From IMG/VR virus record IMGVR_UViG_2648501258_000001, positions 33,613-97,612 of that record: 64,000 nt of DNA, one strand, 5' to 3'. Under the pieces are notes generated by a model that saw only the letters and a list, made by a program, of their open reading frames with translations, had not been told where the DNA came from and did not search any database. Every line of letters begins with the position of its first letter. Position 1 is the stretch's first letter. The stretch comes from a virus (taxonomy: Duplodnaviria; Caudoviricetes). Positions 63,816 through 64,000 of the stretch are shown one piece after another. Made by a program: the position numbers and the translations under genes.

Positions 63816-64000
63816 AATTCTACACTGGCGTTGGGAGTCGTGAGACTCCCGCTGATATCGTCCTCGTGATGAATGCCTTGGGCAAGAAGCTTGCGGATCA
63901 GCACTGGATTCTTCGAACAGGTGCTGCTGTTGGCGCTGACCAAGCATTCGAGCTTGGCTGGGTGCAACACGTTGCTGTAACTCAGGACCGAGACTTCACT
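63812..64000 (+). CDS. SLOG/DprA-like nucleotide-binding protein (runs off window edge)
   Basis: YTGVGSRETP...LRTGAA.GAD.AFE. Confidence 0.8.
   Translation, partial: MKFYTGVGSRETPADIVLVMNALGKKLADQHWILRTGAAVGADQAFELGWVQHVAVTQDRDFT

Overview
A 64-kb stretch of a lytic myovirus genome with Felix O1/PAK_P1-type gene organisation. A Pseudomonas-like host is plausible but cannot be shown from sequence alone. Left to right: a minus-strand replication block (family A DNA polymerase, primase-helicase, small ORFs); a short plus-strand block ending in an RNA ligase; a long minus-strand lysis/tail/head/terminase block; a 4.5-kb minus-strand tRNA cluster; and a plus-strand metabolic/anti-defence block (PhoH, ClpP-like, dCMP deaminase, DNA ligase, HD, phosphoesterase, NARP1-type PRS+NAMPT pair, macrodomain, DUF1190-like lipoprotein plus GSP-synthetase-like ATP-grasp). 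The cluster holds 23 tRNAs covering all 20 amino acids. Ten free-standing HNH/GIY-YIG endonuclease genes are scattered through the window. The strongest unexplained signal is non-coding. (i) Two diverged, covarying copies of a ~285-nt multi-domain RNA sit at the only two divergent strand-switch points, each directly behind a promoter. (ii) About a dozen non-canonical structured RNAs lie between the tRNAs, including two ~170-nt CCA-ended RNAs with a covarying 7-bp kissing loop, a circularly permuted (YrlA-like) tRNA mimic and 3' pseudoknots. (iii) A stand-alone tRNA-Leu scaffold carries a large insert in place of the anticodon loop. (iv) A stand-alone ~230-nt RNA unit is closed by a perfect 20-bp helix. 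All RNA structures and protein families were assigned by eye and need Infernal/Rfam, tRNAscan-SE and HMM confirmation.
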